Source: Patescibacteria group bacterium
GTDB lineage: Bacteria > Patescibacteriota > Patescibacteriia > 2-01-FULL-39-33
NCBI GenBank assembly: GCA_041645075.1
Contig: JBAZQS010000003.1
Span: 6,710 to 70,709, forward strand
Length of the DNA stretch: 64,000 nucleotides
Direction: 5' to 3'
The stretch's first letter is position 1, and every line of letters begins with the position of its first letter. Both the position numbers and the translations under genes were made by a program. A model generated the notes under the pieces. The model was not told where the DNA came from and did not search any database. It saw nothing but the letters and a program-made list of their open reading frames with translations. Positions 1 through 9,025 of the stretch are shown piece after piece.

Positions 1-828
1 ACTGGTAGTAAATGAATGATCAACGCTCACCGTATCGGGCGAGGCATGAGAAATCACGCGGTAGTAATAAGTCGTGCCAGGCGTCAAACCAGTCAAAGTT
101 ACGGAATGAAAAGTAACTTTGTTTAAATCATCAATTGTTGAATGAGCATAACCGTAATTCGGCGGACTGCTAAAATCAAAAATATGCGCCTCGCTTGCCG
201 CGCCCCAAATCACCCGACTGGTGGATAAATAATTAGTTAACCAAGTAAGTGTCGCGGAATCGTTGCTAACATTTATTGACGCTTCATTGAAAATCGTTAA
301 GCCGGCCGGCACACCGCCTCCGCCGCCTTGTCCGGGCGGAGTTACCGGTGTCTGCTCGCCCTGAAAACCGACTAAAATATCAAAATTATTTAAAACATTA
401 TTTTGATAATCATTATCAGCGCCGGAATTAAAAGTCACAATTAAATCATAAGTCGTGCTGGCGTTATCCGCCAGATTGGATAAAAATGTCTCGCCTTGAC
501 CGAAAAATTCAGTCAGGCCCTTATTTAAAATCGTTTGACTCCCCTCTTTTATCTTTAAATTTAAAGCCTCGCCAAAATTATCAGGGTCATTGACATTAAT
601 CGCTTCAATGGCCACCGGTTTTGACACGCCGCTTTTATTTTTAATTTCAATCTGGGCCACTATTGAGTCGCCGGGCAAAAAATTCACCGCGCCAAAAAGC
701 GGATTGGGATTAAAGATGACGACTAAATTTTGCGGCACTTGGGCGCCTACGGTTGAAGCGAATAAAAAGCCGGCTGACACCAAGACAGCGACCCAAAAAA
801 TTAATTTTAATTTTTTTATTTTAAGCAT
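1..828 (-). CDS. Secreted protein with N-terminal signal peptide and FN3/PKD-like beta-sandwich region (5' partial: start codon at 826-828, continues past window start)
   Basis: Manual minus-strand translation from ATG (cat at 826-828): MLKIKKLKLIFWVAVLVSAGFLFASTVGAQ... ending in ...LTGLTPGTTYYYRVISHASPDTVSVDHSFTTSGT, an FN3-like 'TYYYRV' strand. No stop before window edge. Not in the ORF track because truncated. Confidence 0.5.
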   Translation of the reverse strand, partial: MLKIKKLKLIFWVAVLVSAGFLFASTVGAQVPQNLVVIFNPNPLFGAVNFLPGDSIVAQIEIKNKSGVSKPVAIEAINVNDPDNFGEALNLKIKEGSQTILNKGLTEFFGQGETFLSNLADNASTTYDLIVTFNSGADNDYQNNVLNNFDILVGFQGEQTPVTPPGQGGGGGVPAGLTIFNEASINVSNDSATLTWLTNYLSTSRVIWGAASEAHIFDFSSPPNYGYAHSTIDDLNKVTFHSVTLTGLTPGTTYYYRVISHASPDTVSVDHSFTTS

Positions 829-839
829 ATTGATTATTT

Positions 840-2483
840 TTAAACGGTTGGCGCCTCTGCTGGCGCTGGCGGAACCGGGTCAGGACCGGGAACTGGTTCG
901 GGCGCCGGAGTTGGTTCCGGTTCCGGTGTCGGCTTAATGGCCAATTCCGGCTCGGGTTCGGGTTCTGGCGCGGGAGCAATTATTTCATCGGGCAGGACGA
1001 CTTCTTCCGGCTCAATCGTCGGTTCATTAGTATTTAACGGCTCATCGGAATTTTCGCCGAGATTTTCCGCGGGCGGTTCAATGGCCGGTTCTTCTTCTTG
1101 TTCAGTATTTTCGCCGAGATTTTCCGCTGAAGATAAATCGGGATTTTCCGAGGCGATGTTATCCGGATTTTCCACGCTATTTTCATCGGACAAATTTTCG
1201 TTATCAGCCGGCTGGGCTTCTTCCACAGTGGTGGTTTCAGCCGGTTCAGCCGAGACAATTTCCTCGGCTGGTTCTTCTATGATATTTTCCGATTCGGCGA
1301 CATAATTCGGGTCGTAATCTTGAGCCGTCGGGTCGTTTTTGGATAAATTGGGATTTTTGGGCGTACCGCAATTATAATCTTGAGCATTACTATCCCAATA
1401 ACTAAGCATTAGAGAAAGATCCGAACTTGACATAATCAAAGGTTCACAAGTATGCCAACTACTGGTGGCCATACCGTCACTTGGCACAATATTTCTTTCC
1501 ATTGATTTTTTGATAACGCCATTTGAACCAGCCGGCCAATTACTGTTGATAACGGCGGGGGTTTGGTCAATAATATTGCCATCAATATCTTTCAAAATTA
1601 AGGCGCCGTTATCGTCATACTCATTGTCAAAATTAATATTGACGCTTGTTAAATCAACATCCACATTCACCAGTGAATCAACTCTATTATAATTAGCAAT
1701 TAAGAAATAACCACCAGCTAAAATGATATTTGAAGTTGGAATTTCCAAATGACCGCCGCTGCCAGAAACCGCCCCGTCAATATCCCAATTGGAAATATCA
1801 ATATCATGGCTCGTCATATTTCGCAACTCAATCCATTCGTCATGGGGTTTTAGGGTGTCGTCGTCTTCCTTGCTCCCCATCCACATAATTTCATTTATCA
1901 CCACATCCCCCGGGCCGGGAATAGGCGGCTCTTGGGACGGCCACTCGCCCGAAGAAATGCTCATAGCGATAATTTCGGTATCGGTAAAACCGCTGGTATT
2001 GTCGGGCAGATTGATTTGCCAGCCGGAAAAGACGAGGTCAAAATTACAGGACTGATTTTCTACGGCCGGGTCGGTGGTGGTCGCTAATCTGGCGCTAAAA
2101 ATAATATCCGCGTCCAGTAAAAAAGTCGTGGTCGCCGAAACAAAAGAGCTTAACGGCTGATAGATGCCGGAAATATCGTCTTTTACCTCCAAATACTGAC
2201 ATAAAGCGCCAGTGGAACTCGCCGTCACGGCCTGATAATTAAAATCAGCCGTACCCGCGTTAGCCAAAAAAACCGTGCTGGTTGCTTCGCTATCCGCGAT
2301 TAAAGTCGGCAAAAAACTGCCGCCGCCCGAGAGCGAAAAATCAAGCGTGCCGGCGGTAAAATTGGCCGCCCCTTGCTCAATATCGTTAAAATAGGCAAAG
2401 GTCTCGCCAATCGCGGAAAGTCCCGCCCAATTCAAACCAATAAGCAATAAAAGGGTGGTTAATTTTAATATTATTTTTCTCAT
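840..2483 (-). CDS. SipW-cognate-class secreted protein (TasA/camelysin-type signal) with lamin-tail domain (LTD) and acidic Pro/Glu-rich C-terminal tail
   Basis: N-terminus MRKIILKLTTLLLLIGLNWAGLSAIGETFAYFNDIEQGAANFTAGTLDFSL matches the SipW-cognate signal pattern (AYFxD..ExxxNxFxAGxLD). LTD signature GDVVINEIMWMGS...DEWIELRN...GGYFLIANYN. C-terminus low complexity PEPEPEP. Immediately downstream of sipW. Confidence 0.7.
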   Translation of the reverse strand: MRKIILKLTTLLLLIGLNWAGLSAIGETFAYFNDIEQGAANFTAGTLDFSLSGGGSFLPTLIADSEATSTVFLANAGTADFNYQAVTASSTGALCQYLEVKDDISGIYQPLSSFVSATTTFLLDADIIFSARLATTTDPAVENQSCNFDLVFSGWQINLPDNTSGFTDTEIIAMSISSGEWPSQEPPIPGPGDVVINEIMWMGSKEDDDTLKPHDEWIELRNMTSHDIDISNWDIDGAVSGSGGHLEIPTSNIILAGGYFLIANYNRVDSLVNVDVDLTSVNINFDNEYDDNGALILKDIDGNIIDQTPAVINSNWPAGSNGVIKKSMERNIVPSDGMATSSWHTCEPLIMSSSDLSLMLSYWDSNAQDYNCGTPKNPNLSKNDPTAQDYDPNYVAESENIIEEPAEEIVSAEPAETTTVEEAQPADNENLSDENSVENPDNIASENPDLSSAENLGENTEQEEEPAIEPPAENLGENSDEPLNTNEPTIEPEEVVLPDEIIAPAPEPEPEPELAIKPTPEPEPTPAPEPVPGPDPVPPAPAEAPTV

Positions 2484-2488
2484 TTTAT

Positions 2489-3016
2489 TTAGTCAACTTT
2501 ATCAATTGTTTTTGTTTTCTTTTTCTTGATTTCTGCATAAATTTTCCTGGCCTCGTCATAAATGATTATTACCGCCGGCACAATGATAATAATCATAAAG
2601 CCGATGGGTTTTTTGGCCGCGTCAACCGCATAGCCGAGATAAGGAACGGAAAAAATAACCTTGCCGACAACTTCATTGGTTAAAACCTCTTTTTGGTCTG
2701 GCGTGTTATTAGCGTCGCCTTTGGTAATGTAAATCGGCTTGCCTTCTTGAACGCGAATATCATTAATCCGATGGGTGGTTGGCGTTTGGTTTTTGCCGAT
2801 TTTACCGAAAGTGATAATGTCGCCAATCTGATAATTGGCCGCCGGCTTTATGGCTACAACACTGCCGGTTTTTATGGTTGGCTCCATTGAGCCAGAAAGC
2901 ACGGCCAAAACCTTGAAATTGCCAGTGAGGGGCAAAATGGAAATTATCAGCAAAAGAGCGATAACGGAAATTAAAACAATAACTAAATAATAAAATATTT
3001 TGAATATTTTTGGCAT
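2489..3016 (-). CDS. sipW: Signal peptidase I, SipW (archaeal/eukaryotic S26B type)
   Basis: N-terminal TM, LSGSMEPTIKTGSVV catalytic Ser motif, ITKGDANNTPD. Size 175 aa. Adjacent to three substrate-type genes. Confidence 0.8.
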   Translation of the reverse strand: MPKIFKIFYYLVIVLISVIALLLIISILPLTGNFKVLAVLSGSMEPTIKTGSVVAIKPAANYQIGDIITFGKIGKNQTPTTHRINDIRVQEGKPIYITKGDANNTPDQKEVLTNEVVGKVIFSVPYLGYAVDAAKKPIGFMIIIIVPAVIIIYDEARKIYAEIKKKKTKTIDKVD

Positions 3017-3099
3017 GTTTTATTTCTTTTTTTCTACTATTTTAAATCCTTTATGGTCCCCCACTTTTTTTAAAGTGGGGGACGAAAAGGATTCAAGTA

Positions 3100-3819
3100 T
3101 TACTGACTCGCGTCCTGATTTAGGGTGAAAATCATGGTCAAATCAAAAATGTCTCCCTGGAAATCATTGCCGGCTTCGTTGGCAAATTTAACGCCCATTT
3201 CATAGTCATACATACCCATATTGACAGGAGGTGGAAGATTGTCCAGAACATCATTCTTTAAATCATAAAAACTGATTTTCCCGTCGCCATTCTGGTCCTC
3301 TATTTTCCAGTCATTGCTCTGGCCTAATAAGGTTCCAGTACAAGTATGGTTTGAGCTGTTATATAATGCCCTTTTTTCACCGGTTAAACAATCTATACAG
3401 CCAAAATCTTTATAAATACATCTGGTAATTAACATTTCCTTTGCCATTTCGCCCGGGTGCAAATTTGTTTGACAATCAGTGTCCCCTTCCAGACAAGGAT
3501 TTTCTTCAACCACGGAATAATCACTGGTTATTTCAAGGTGATTTCCCGGCACGGTGCTGTCCCAAGATTCCTGCATTTGAACCAGAGGAATTCTAAAATC
3601 CCACGCATCCCCCGGCTTTACATCGGGGGGAGCGGTCCAGGTAGCGTGAACTCCATCTCCCCAGTCCTCATCCTGATCTCTAATTTTCAAATCCAAAATG
3701 CCGGCTGAAAATGTGTTTCCACTACTTGTTTCCGTATCCTGAAAATAGGCAATGGTTCCGCCAATGGCAATTGTTGCAACCACGGCAATAATACTCAAAC
3801 TGATTAGTATTCTTTTCAT
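3100..3819 (-). CDS. TasA/camelysin-like SipW-cognate secreted protein with EF-hand/dockerin-like Ca-binding loop
   Basis: MKRILISLSIIAVVATIAIGGTIAYFQDTETSSGNTFSAGILDLKI signal class. DQNGDGKISFYDLKND loop near C-terminus. Confidence 0.7.
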   Translation of the reverse strand: MKRILISLSIIAVVATIAIGGTIAYFQDTETSSGNTFSAGILDLKIRDQDEDWGDGVHATWTAPPDVKPGDAWDFRIPLVQMQESWDSTVPGNHLEITSDYSVVEENPCLEGDTDCQTNLHPGEMAKEMLITRCIYKDFGCIDCLTGEKRALYNSSNHTCTGTLLGQSNDWKIEDQNGDGKISFYDLKNDVLDNLPPPVNMGMYDYEMGVKFANEAGNDFQGDIFDLTMIFTLNQDASQ

Positions 3820-3837
3820 ATTAATTTTTATTTACCC

Positions 3838-3868
3838 GCCCCGCCCCTCGCGAGAGGCGGGGTTGGCC
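3838..3868. terminator. GC-rich hairpin between the two TasA-like genes (ccgcccctcgcgagaggcgggg)
   Basis: Perfect 9-bp stem read directly. No strong U-tract, so it could be a terminator or attenuator. Confidence 0.35.
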
Positions 3869-3891
3869 GGATTTAAGAAATCAGTGAGAGA

Positions 3892-4671
3892 TTATTCTGG
3901 CTGACTCTGTGGACTGCACAAAAATCTGTCGTTATTCCTTGCCTGCTCGGTGTAGAAAGAAATGTCAGATACATAGCTGTCGCTCTGAACGATGTTGCCA
4001 GTTGTCCATGGTAAACTCCAAGATACGCCAAGATAGTAGTTATTGCTACCAATAAGTGGTCCGGCGCCGGTAAACACATTTCCGTTTGCGTCAGCTAAAG
4101 GTAAGGTTACTGTTCGGGTAGGCGCAATGCCGGTGCCAATTAAATTATCACAATCTGGCTGATAAATATTGTCTCCGGGCCTTGCATTTGGGTACTCATC
4201 ATTAATCTCAGGAGTACACACATCCGCCCAAATCGTACCGGTAAGAGCTTGCGCTAATTCGCCATCGTTTAAGTTACTTGGATCCTCTTGTGTCTCTCCT
4301 GGTTCTGCTAATTCTGGTTCGGTGGAGCTCATATCGTCGTTTTTGACCGGAGTCACGGTCATACAACCCCAAGCATTGTTGTCATAAACATGCAAGCTGA
4401 TAGTTCCCTCGCCGTAATCACCGGGTTTGAGATCCGCGAAATTAAAGAATTTCTCATTGGTTAAGTCCGTCAATCTCCATTGGCCGGCGTTTGGGTCCCC
4501 GTCAACTCGCTTATTAAAATAGCCCTCATAATCCACCTTCAAATCAATTGCCCCAGCGGTAAAAGTGTTGCCAGTGCTGGTTTCAGTGTCGCTGAAGTAG
4601 GCGGTGGTCGCGCCGATGGCCACGGCGGCGACAAAGGCGATAACCGCCAAACTTAATAAAACTTTTTTCAT
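3892..4671 (-). CDS. TasA/camelysin-like SipW-cognate secreted protein
   Basis: MKKVLLSLAVIAFVAAVAIGATTAYFSDTETSTGNTFTAGAIDLKVD. Paralogous N-terminus to 3100..3819. Confidence 0.7.
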   Translation of the reverse strand: MKKVLLSLAVIAFVAAVAIGATTAYFSDTETSTGNTFTAGAIDLKVDYEGYFNKRVDGDPNAGQWRLTDLTNEKFFNFADLKPGDYGEGTISLHVYDNNAWGCMTVTPVKNDDMSSTEPELAEPGETQEDPSNLNDGELAQALTGTIWADVCTPEINDEYPNARPGDNIYQPDCDNLIGTGIAPTRTVTLPLADANGNVFTGAGPLIGSNNYYLGVSWSLPWTTGNIVQSDSYVSDISFYTEQARNNDRFLCSPQSQPE

Positions 4672-5114
4672 ACTTTTGTTTTTTTATTAATAATTAAATT
4701 CCTCCTAAATTAAACTTTCAACTTTAAACAATTAGGGTTAAACTGCTTTGAGCAATTCGACTTTAGAAACCACTAAATTGATTAAAGCGCGCAATGCAAT
4801 ATGTAAAATAAGTTATTTTTTAAAATAAAAAAACGCCTCAAAAAATCAGGCGCTTAACGTTTTATTGGATTGACTCGCATTATTCGGAAGGAAATTTCAG
4901 CTTGTTTTTCTACCGACATTTGCTAAAAGTAATTTTTTATTCCCCCCTAAAAATGCTAAACAACCTTATCCCCCTTAAACATTACTGCCTTATTTTATCA
5001 CCGCTCTAAAATAGGCGCAATGGCATAAGCGGTGGATAACTTTTAATTTATTTCAGCTAAATTTAAAATATCCCAGTAATAAGTGTTTATGAGATGGTTA
5101 CAAATCAAAATCTG

Positions 5115-5672
5115 CTATCTTTTATATAAGCCGGTCAAGACCGCCTGCTCAATGACGCGATCACCCAGCGCTTCTTTAAATTTATTCTTGTCTGTATTTT
5201 CGTCCAAAACCAGATTATCGCTTAAAGCGTAAAGCTTGAAATTATAGCGATGAACGCCCGAGGGCGGACAAGGCCCGTCATAAGTAGAGCGTCCAAAATC
5301 ATTTATACCCACGGCCGCGCCACTGGGAACGCTATTTTCGGTAATTTCTCGCGTATCGGACGAAATATTCCAAACCAGCCAATGGACAAAGTCGCCACTG
5401 GGAGAATCCGGGTCATCCACCATCAAGGCCAGACCCTTGGCGCCATCGGGAACACCGCTGATGGCCAGCGGCGGATTAACATTTTTCCCGCCACAAGTGT
5501 ATTGGGCAGGCAGGGATTGATTCGGCTCAAAGGCCGGACTGGTTAATTTCATATTGCCTAATTTAAAATTTTGAATTAAATTTTTATGATTGGCAGACCT
5601 TTGGAAAATAAAAAATATTCCGGCGATTACCGCCAACGCCGTAATAATTAAAATGATTGTGTTTTTTTTCAT
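5115..5672 (-). CDS. YbhB/YbcL family PEBP-like protein with N-terminal membrane anchor
   Basis: DPDSP...FVHWLVWNI...GPCPPSGVHRYNFKLYAL motifs of the PEBP family. Confidence 0.7.
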   Translation of the reverse strand: MKKNTIILIITALAVIAGIFFIFQRSANHKNLIQNFKLGNMKLTSPAFEPNQSLPAQYTCGGKNVNPPLAISGVPDGAKGLALMVDDPDSPSGDFVHWLVWNISSDTREITENSVPSGAAVGINDFGRSTYDGPCPPSGVHRYNFKLYALSDNLVLDENTDKNKFKEALGDRVIEQAVLTGLYKR

Positions 5673-5680
5673 ATTTGAAT

Positions 5681-6895
5681 TTATTTAATAATGCCGCCAC
5701 CTAAAACCTCATCACCATTATAAAAAACCGCGGATTGGCCGGGCATAATGGCGCGCTGGGATTTTTTAAACTTTACAGTAAGGAATCTCCCACCCCCTGC
5801 CCCGACTTGGCGTCGGGACGTCCCCCTCTGGCAGGGGGACAAAATAATACAATTGGCGGCCCGGCCGTGATAGCGGATCTGTACTTTACATTTTAAAGGA
5901 AATTTCGGTTTCTTGCCAATCCAATTAATATTATGGCAAAAAAACTCTTTTTGATAAATAGCGGAATTATTTTGATTTTTAGTGACAATCAATAAATTCT
6001 TTTTGCGGTCAAAGCCGCAGACATACCAAGGTCCACCCGATAGGCCGATACCGCTTCGTTGGCCAAGGGTATAAAGCGGGAGGCCTTGATGGGTACCCAA
6101 TACAGACCCCTCCCCAACCCTCCCCTTGTAAAGGGGAGGGGGTTTAATATGCGGCCTCCCCTTATAAAAAATGGGGGAATAAATAATAATTTTTCCGGGT
6201 TTTAATTTCAAATATCTTTTCAAAAAATCATAATGGCTTTCGCCCACAAAACAAATCTCTTGGCTGTCCTTTTTATCATGAACCGGCAGTTTAAATTTTT
6301 TGGCCAATTTCCTGACTTCGCTTTTTTCATAATCCCCCACTGGAAACAGCAAATACTTTAATTGCGATTGCCCTAAATTGTACAAAAAATATGATTGGTC
6401 TTTATTCTCATCTTTTCCACGCAATAATTTTAATTTTGGATTTTGGATTTGTTTGGGATTTAGGATTTGGGATTTAGGATTTTCCGCCAACAGGCGGACA
6501 TAATGCCCCGTCGCCAGATAATCGGCGCTAAAAATCGTTCTAACTTTTTTCAGCAAAAGGTCAAATTTTATAAATTTGTTGCAGGCCACGCAGGGATTCG
6601 GCGTTTTGCCTCGGCCGTATTCTTTGAGAAATTCATCCACGATTATTTTTTTAAATGCCGGGCCGAAATTTAATTTATGAAACGGAATATCTAAAATATC
6701 CGCCACCCACTTGGCCTCATTAAATGATTCTAAACTGCAACACCGATTTTCACCGTATATCTTGCCGGTAGGAAACCAAAATTGCATAAACACACCCACC
6801 ACCTCATAACCCTGTTCTTTTAATAAGGCCGCGGCCACCGAAGAGTCCACGCCGCCGGACATAGCGACCACAACTTTTTTACCATTATCTTTCAT
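5681..6895 (-). CDS. mnmA: tRNA-specific 2-thiouridylase MnmA (carries two in-frame repeat-element insertions)
   Basis: VVVAMSGGVDSSVAA PP-loop, CCSLE, GHYVR, GQS AVFY...GGG C-terminus. 404 aa against ~360 typical. The extra peptide PPPLYKGRVGEGSV is encoded by the cctccccttgtaaaggggagg hairpin repeat at ~6100-6180. A second insertion at ~5790-5835 is encoded by a cccgacttggcgtcggg hairpin. Confidence 0.85.
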   Translation of the reverse strand: MKDNGKKVVVAMSGGVDSSVAAALLKEQGYEVVGVFMQFWFPTGKIYGENRCCSLESFNEAKWVADILDIPFHKLNFGPAFKKIIVDEFLKEYGRGKTPNPCVACNKFIKFDLLLKKVRTIFSADYLATGHYVRLLAENPKSQILNPKQIQNPKLKLLRGKDENKDQSYFLYNLGQSQLKYLLFPVGDYEKSEVRKLAKKFKLPVHDKKDSQEICFVGESHYDFLKRYLKLKPGKIIIYSPIFYKGRPHIKPPPLYKGRVGEGSVLGTHQGLPLYTLGQRSGIGLSGGPWYVCGFDRKKNLLIVTKNQNNSAIYQKEFFCHNINWIGKKPKFPLKCKVQIRYHGRAANCIILSPCQRGTSRRQVGAGGGRFLTVKFKKSQRAIMPGQSAVFYNGDEVLGGGIIK

Positions 6896-6906
6896 AAATA
6901 TTATTT

Positions 6907-7090
6907 GAGATGGTTACAAAACTATTTTAGCTATAAATTTAGGACTTTTTGAGCGAGACAAGGAGGGCCAGCAAAAAGATCTGAGCCGCCCCGACGTAAC
7001 ATCGGGGCGGTGAAAATCTTTTTGCGCCAGCCTGACGCAGTCGCAGCCAAAAAGGACAAATTTAGAGAAATATAGTTTTGTAACTATCTC
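6907..7090. mobile_element. MITE-like element, copy 1 (19-bp TIR GAGATGGTTACAAAACTAT ... ATAGTTTTGTAAC(T)ATCTC)
   Basis: Terminal inverted repeats read directly. The internal ~145 bp is ~80% identical to copy 2 in inverted orientation. It contains a gccccgacgtaacatcggggc hairpin. Confidence 0.6.
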
Positions 7091-7091
7091 A

Positions 7092-7976
7092 TTAAGGAAT
7101 TACAACCTCAAGGGCTTTCGGCAAGACCTCTACCTCTATTTCCTTGGAAATTTTCAGGTAATCGCCGTCTATCTGGTAGGAATTCCAGCCACGATTCAAA
7201 TAAATCTTAAAATAATCATTATCCAAGGTAAAAATGTGTTTTTTCGGCTGTTGGCGCCAAAGCAAATAAAAAAGGTCGCTGATTAAAGAAAGCAGGGTTT
7301 TATTGGTAAAAACATAAAGATTTAAAATGCCGTCTTGCCAGTCAATATTCTTTTTCAATTTCAAGCCGAAATAATTTATGGCGTTAAAAATAACCAAACT
7401 ATTGCCCTTGACCCAAAATGTTTTATTTTGCGTTTTGATTTTAAATTTAATCTTTCTAATCTTAATTTTATTAAAAATAAATCGCCATAAATAGCCAAAA
7501 TAACCAAACTTATTTTTTAAATCGCCGGGGGTGCTGGCAATAACATGGGAAATATAGCCGATTGAAAGCCCCACCAAAAAATAATGATTCTGGTTTATTA
7601 GGCCAACGTCAATTTTAACGGTTTTTTCCGGTTGAGCCAATAACTTTATCGCTTGCTTGACGGTCAGAGGAATTCCCAGATCCGTGGCCATAACATTGGC
7701 CGAACCAAAAGGAATGATGCCAAGCGGGGCTGATAATTTATTATTTAAAATTGTCTTCGTCGCCACCTTAACCGTGCCGTCACCGCCCACCGCCACCACC
7801 AACTCCGTTCCCAAAAAATTATGCCCCGAAATCGCGGTTTCAAAATTATCATTTAAATAAAACAAATCAACTTGGTAGCCAAGCTCTTCAAGCTTATTTC
7901 TCACTAAGCCCTCAATATCCTGCTTGGTCATCAGGCCGGCGGATTTGTTGAAAATTACTAAAGCAATTTTGGTCAT
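7092..7976 (-). CDS. Diacylglycerol/lipid kinase catalytic-domain protein (YegS/BmrU-like)
   Basis: VAVGGDGTV, IIPFGSANVMATDLGIP motifs of DAGK_cat. Confidence 0.6.
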   Translation of the reverse strand: MTKIALVIFNKSAGLMTKQDIEGLVRNKLEELGYQVDLFYLNDNFETAISGHNFLGTELVVAVGGDGTVKVATKTILNNKLSAPLGIIPFGSANVMATDLGIPLTVKQAIKLLAQPEKTVKIDVGLINQNHYFLVGLSIGYISHVIASTPGDLKNKFGYFGYLWRFIFNKIKIRKIKFKIKTQNKTFWVKGNSLVIFNAINYFGLKLKKNIDWQDGILNLYVFTNKTLLSLISDLFYLLWRQQPKKHIFTLDNDYFKIYLNRGWNSYQIDGDYLKISKEIEVEVLPKALEVVIP

Positions 7977-8030
7977 TGTCGTTTATTCGCAGTAGTTTAT
8001 TCGTAATTCGTAATTTGAAATTTTAAAATA

Positions 8031-8585
8031 TTACCACCAAACTTTTTTAAGGCCCAACAAATATGAAATCAGGTTGACAAGGGGATGGAGAATTAAAGTG
8101 ATTAAAAGCGAGGCCAAAATAATTTCTACCGACGGCTTATAAATCAAGGAGATGAAAATAAAAAAACCGATGATAAAATCAAGCTGGTCAAAAATCGGCC
8201 AGGACTGGCCCGAGGCGAGATGCAAACGCCGCTTCAAAAAACTTTTAATTAAGTCGCCCAAAATCGCGCCCAAGCCGGCCAGCACGCCAAAAGACAAAAA
8301 CATGGCATCATAATTTACAATGGAAATCTGATAAAAAAAATCATAACCAAACAAAGATGCCTGAATAATAGTGACCACTAAAGACATAATTACCGCCGCG
8401 ATAATCCCCCGCCAGGTTTTATTCTGGCCGAATAAAAAATCTTGGCCCAATTTCAAGCCGCCATCAATCGGCTTGGCCATTGATTTCAATAAGCCGAGTT
8501 TATCAAAAATTACCGGCGCCATATTGGCAAAATAAGCCGGCAAAAGTAAATAAAAACTTTTTATCAGATAATCAAGGTAGGGCAT
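8031..8585 (-). CDS. CDP-archaeol synthase-like (DUF46/CarS family) integral membrane cytidylyltransferase
   Basis: LLPAYFANMAPV...PIDGG...GQNKTWRG, resembling CarS conserved blocks. Multi-TM. Adjacent to the lipid kinase. Confidence 0.45.
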   Translation of the reverse strand: MPYLDYLIKSFYLLLPAYFANMAPVIFDKLGLLKSMAKPIDGGLKLGQDFLFGQNKTWRGIIAAVIMSLVVTIIQASLFGYDFFYQISIVNYDAMFLSFGVLAGLGAILGDLIKSFLKRRLHLASGQSWPIFDQLDFIIGFFIFISLIYKPSVEIILASLLITLILHPLVNLISYLLGLKKVWW

Positions 8586-8850
8586 ATTGATTATATTTTA
8601 CTATAAATTTGCGAGATATTCAATATAAATTATTCTATTTGCTAAATCCCCTATTTTAATATAGAATACAATCAGAAAAGATAGTGGATATGCGCGGGGT
8701 TTCACATATCGGGAGAACAAAAATCTTTTCTGCCCACCAATTTATCCAACCAAAAAATCGAAAGAAACCCATCTTAAAACTTCCCACCACTGCTTCCCGG
8801 ATAACAAAAAAGCGACGAACACCATCCCTTCGTCGCTTTCTCATTTAATG

Positions 8851-9025
8851 AGATGGTTACAAAACTATATTTCTCTAAATTTGTCCTTTTTGGCTGCGAC
8901 TGCGTCGGGCGGGCGCAAAATGATTTTCACCGTAGCCCCGCTATGGCTCAAGTCATTTTGCTGGCCCTCCTTGTCTCGCTCAAAAAGTCCTAAATTTATA
9001 GCTAAAATAGTTTTGTAACCATCTC
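8851..9025. mobile_element. MITE-like element, copy 2 (inverted relative to copy 1), overlapping the stop codon of the 9024..10715 gene
   Basis: GAGATGGTTACAAAACTAT at 8851 and ATAGTTTTGTAACCATCTC at 9007-9025. Confidence 0.6.

Noticed and set aside
590-1305. Plus-strand ORFs 590..937 and 937..1305, and minus-strand ORF 1034..1258
   Set aside because: They lie antisense to, or in alternate frames of, the well-supported secreted-protein genes (1..828 and 840..2483). They are low-complexity translations of the repeat-rich region.
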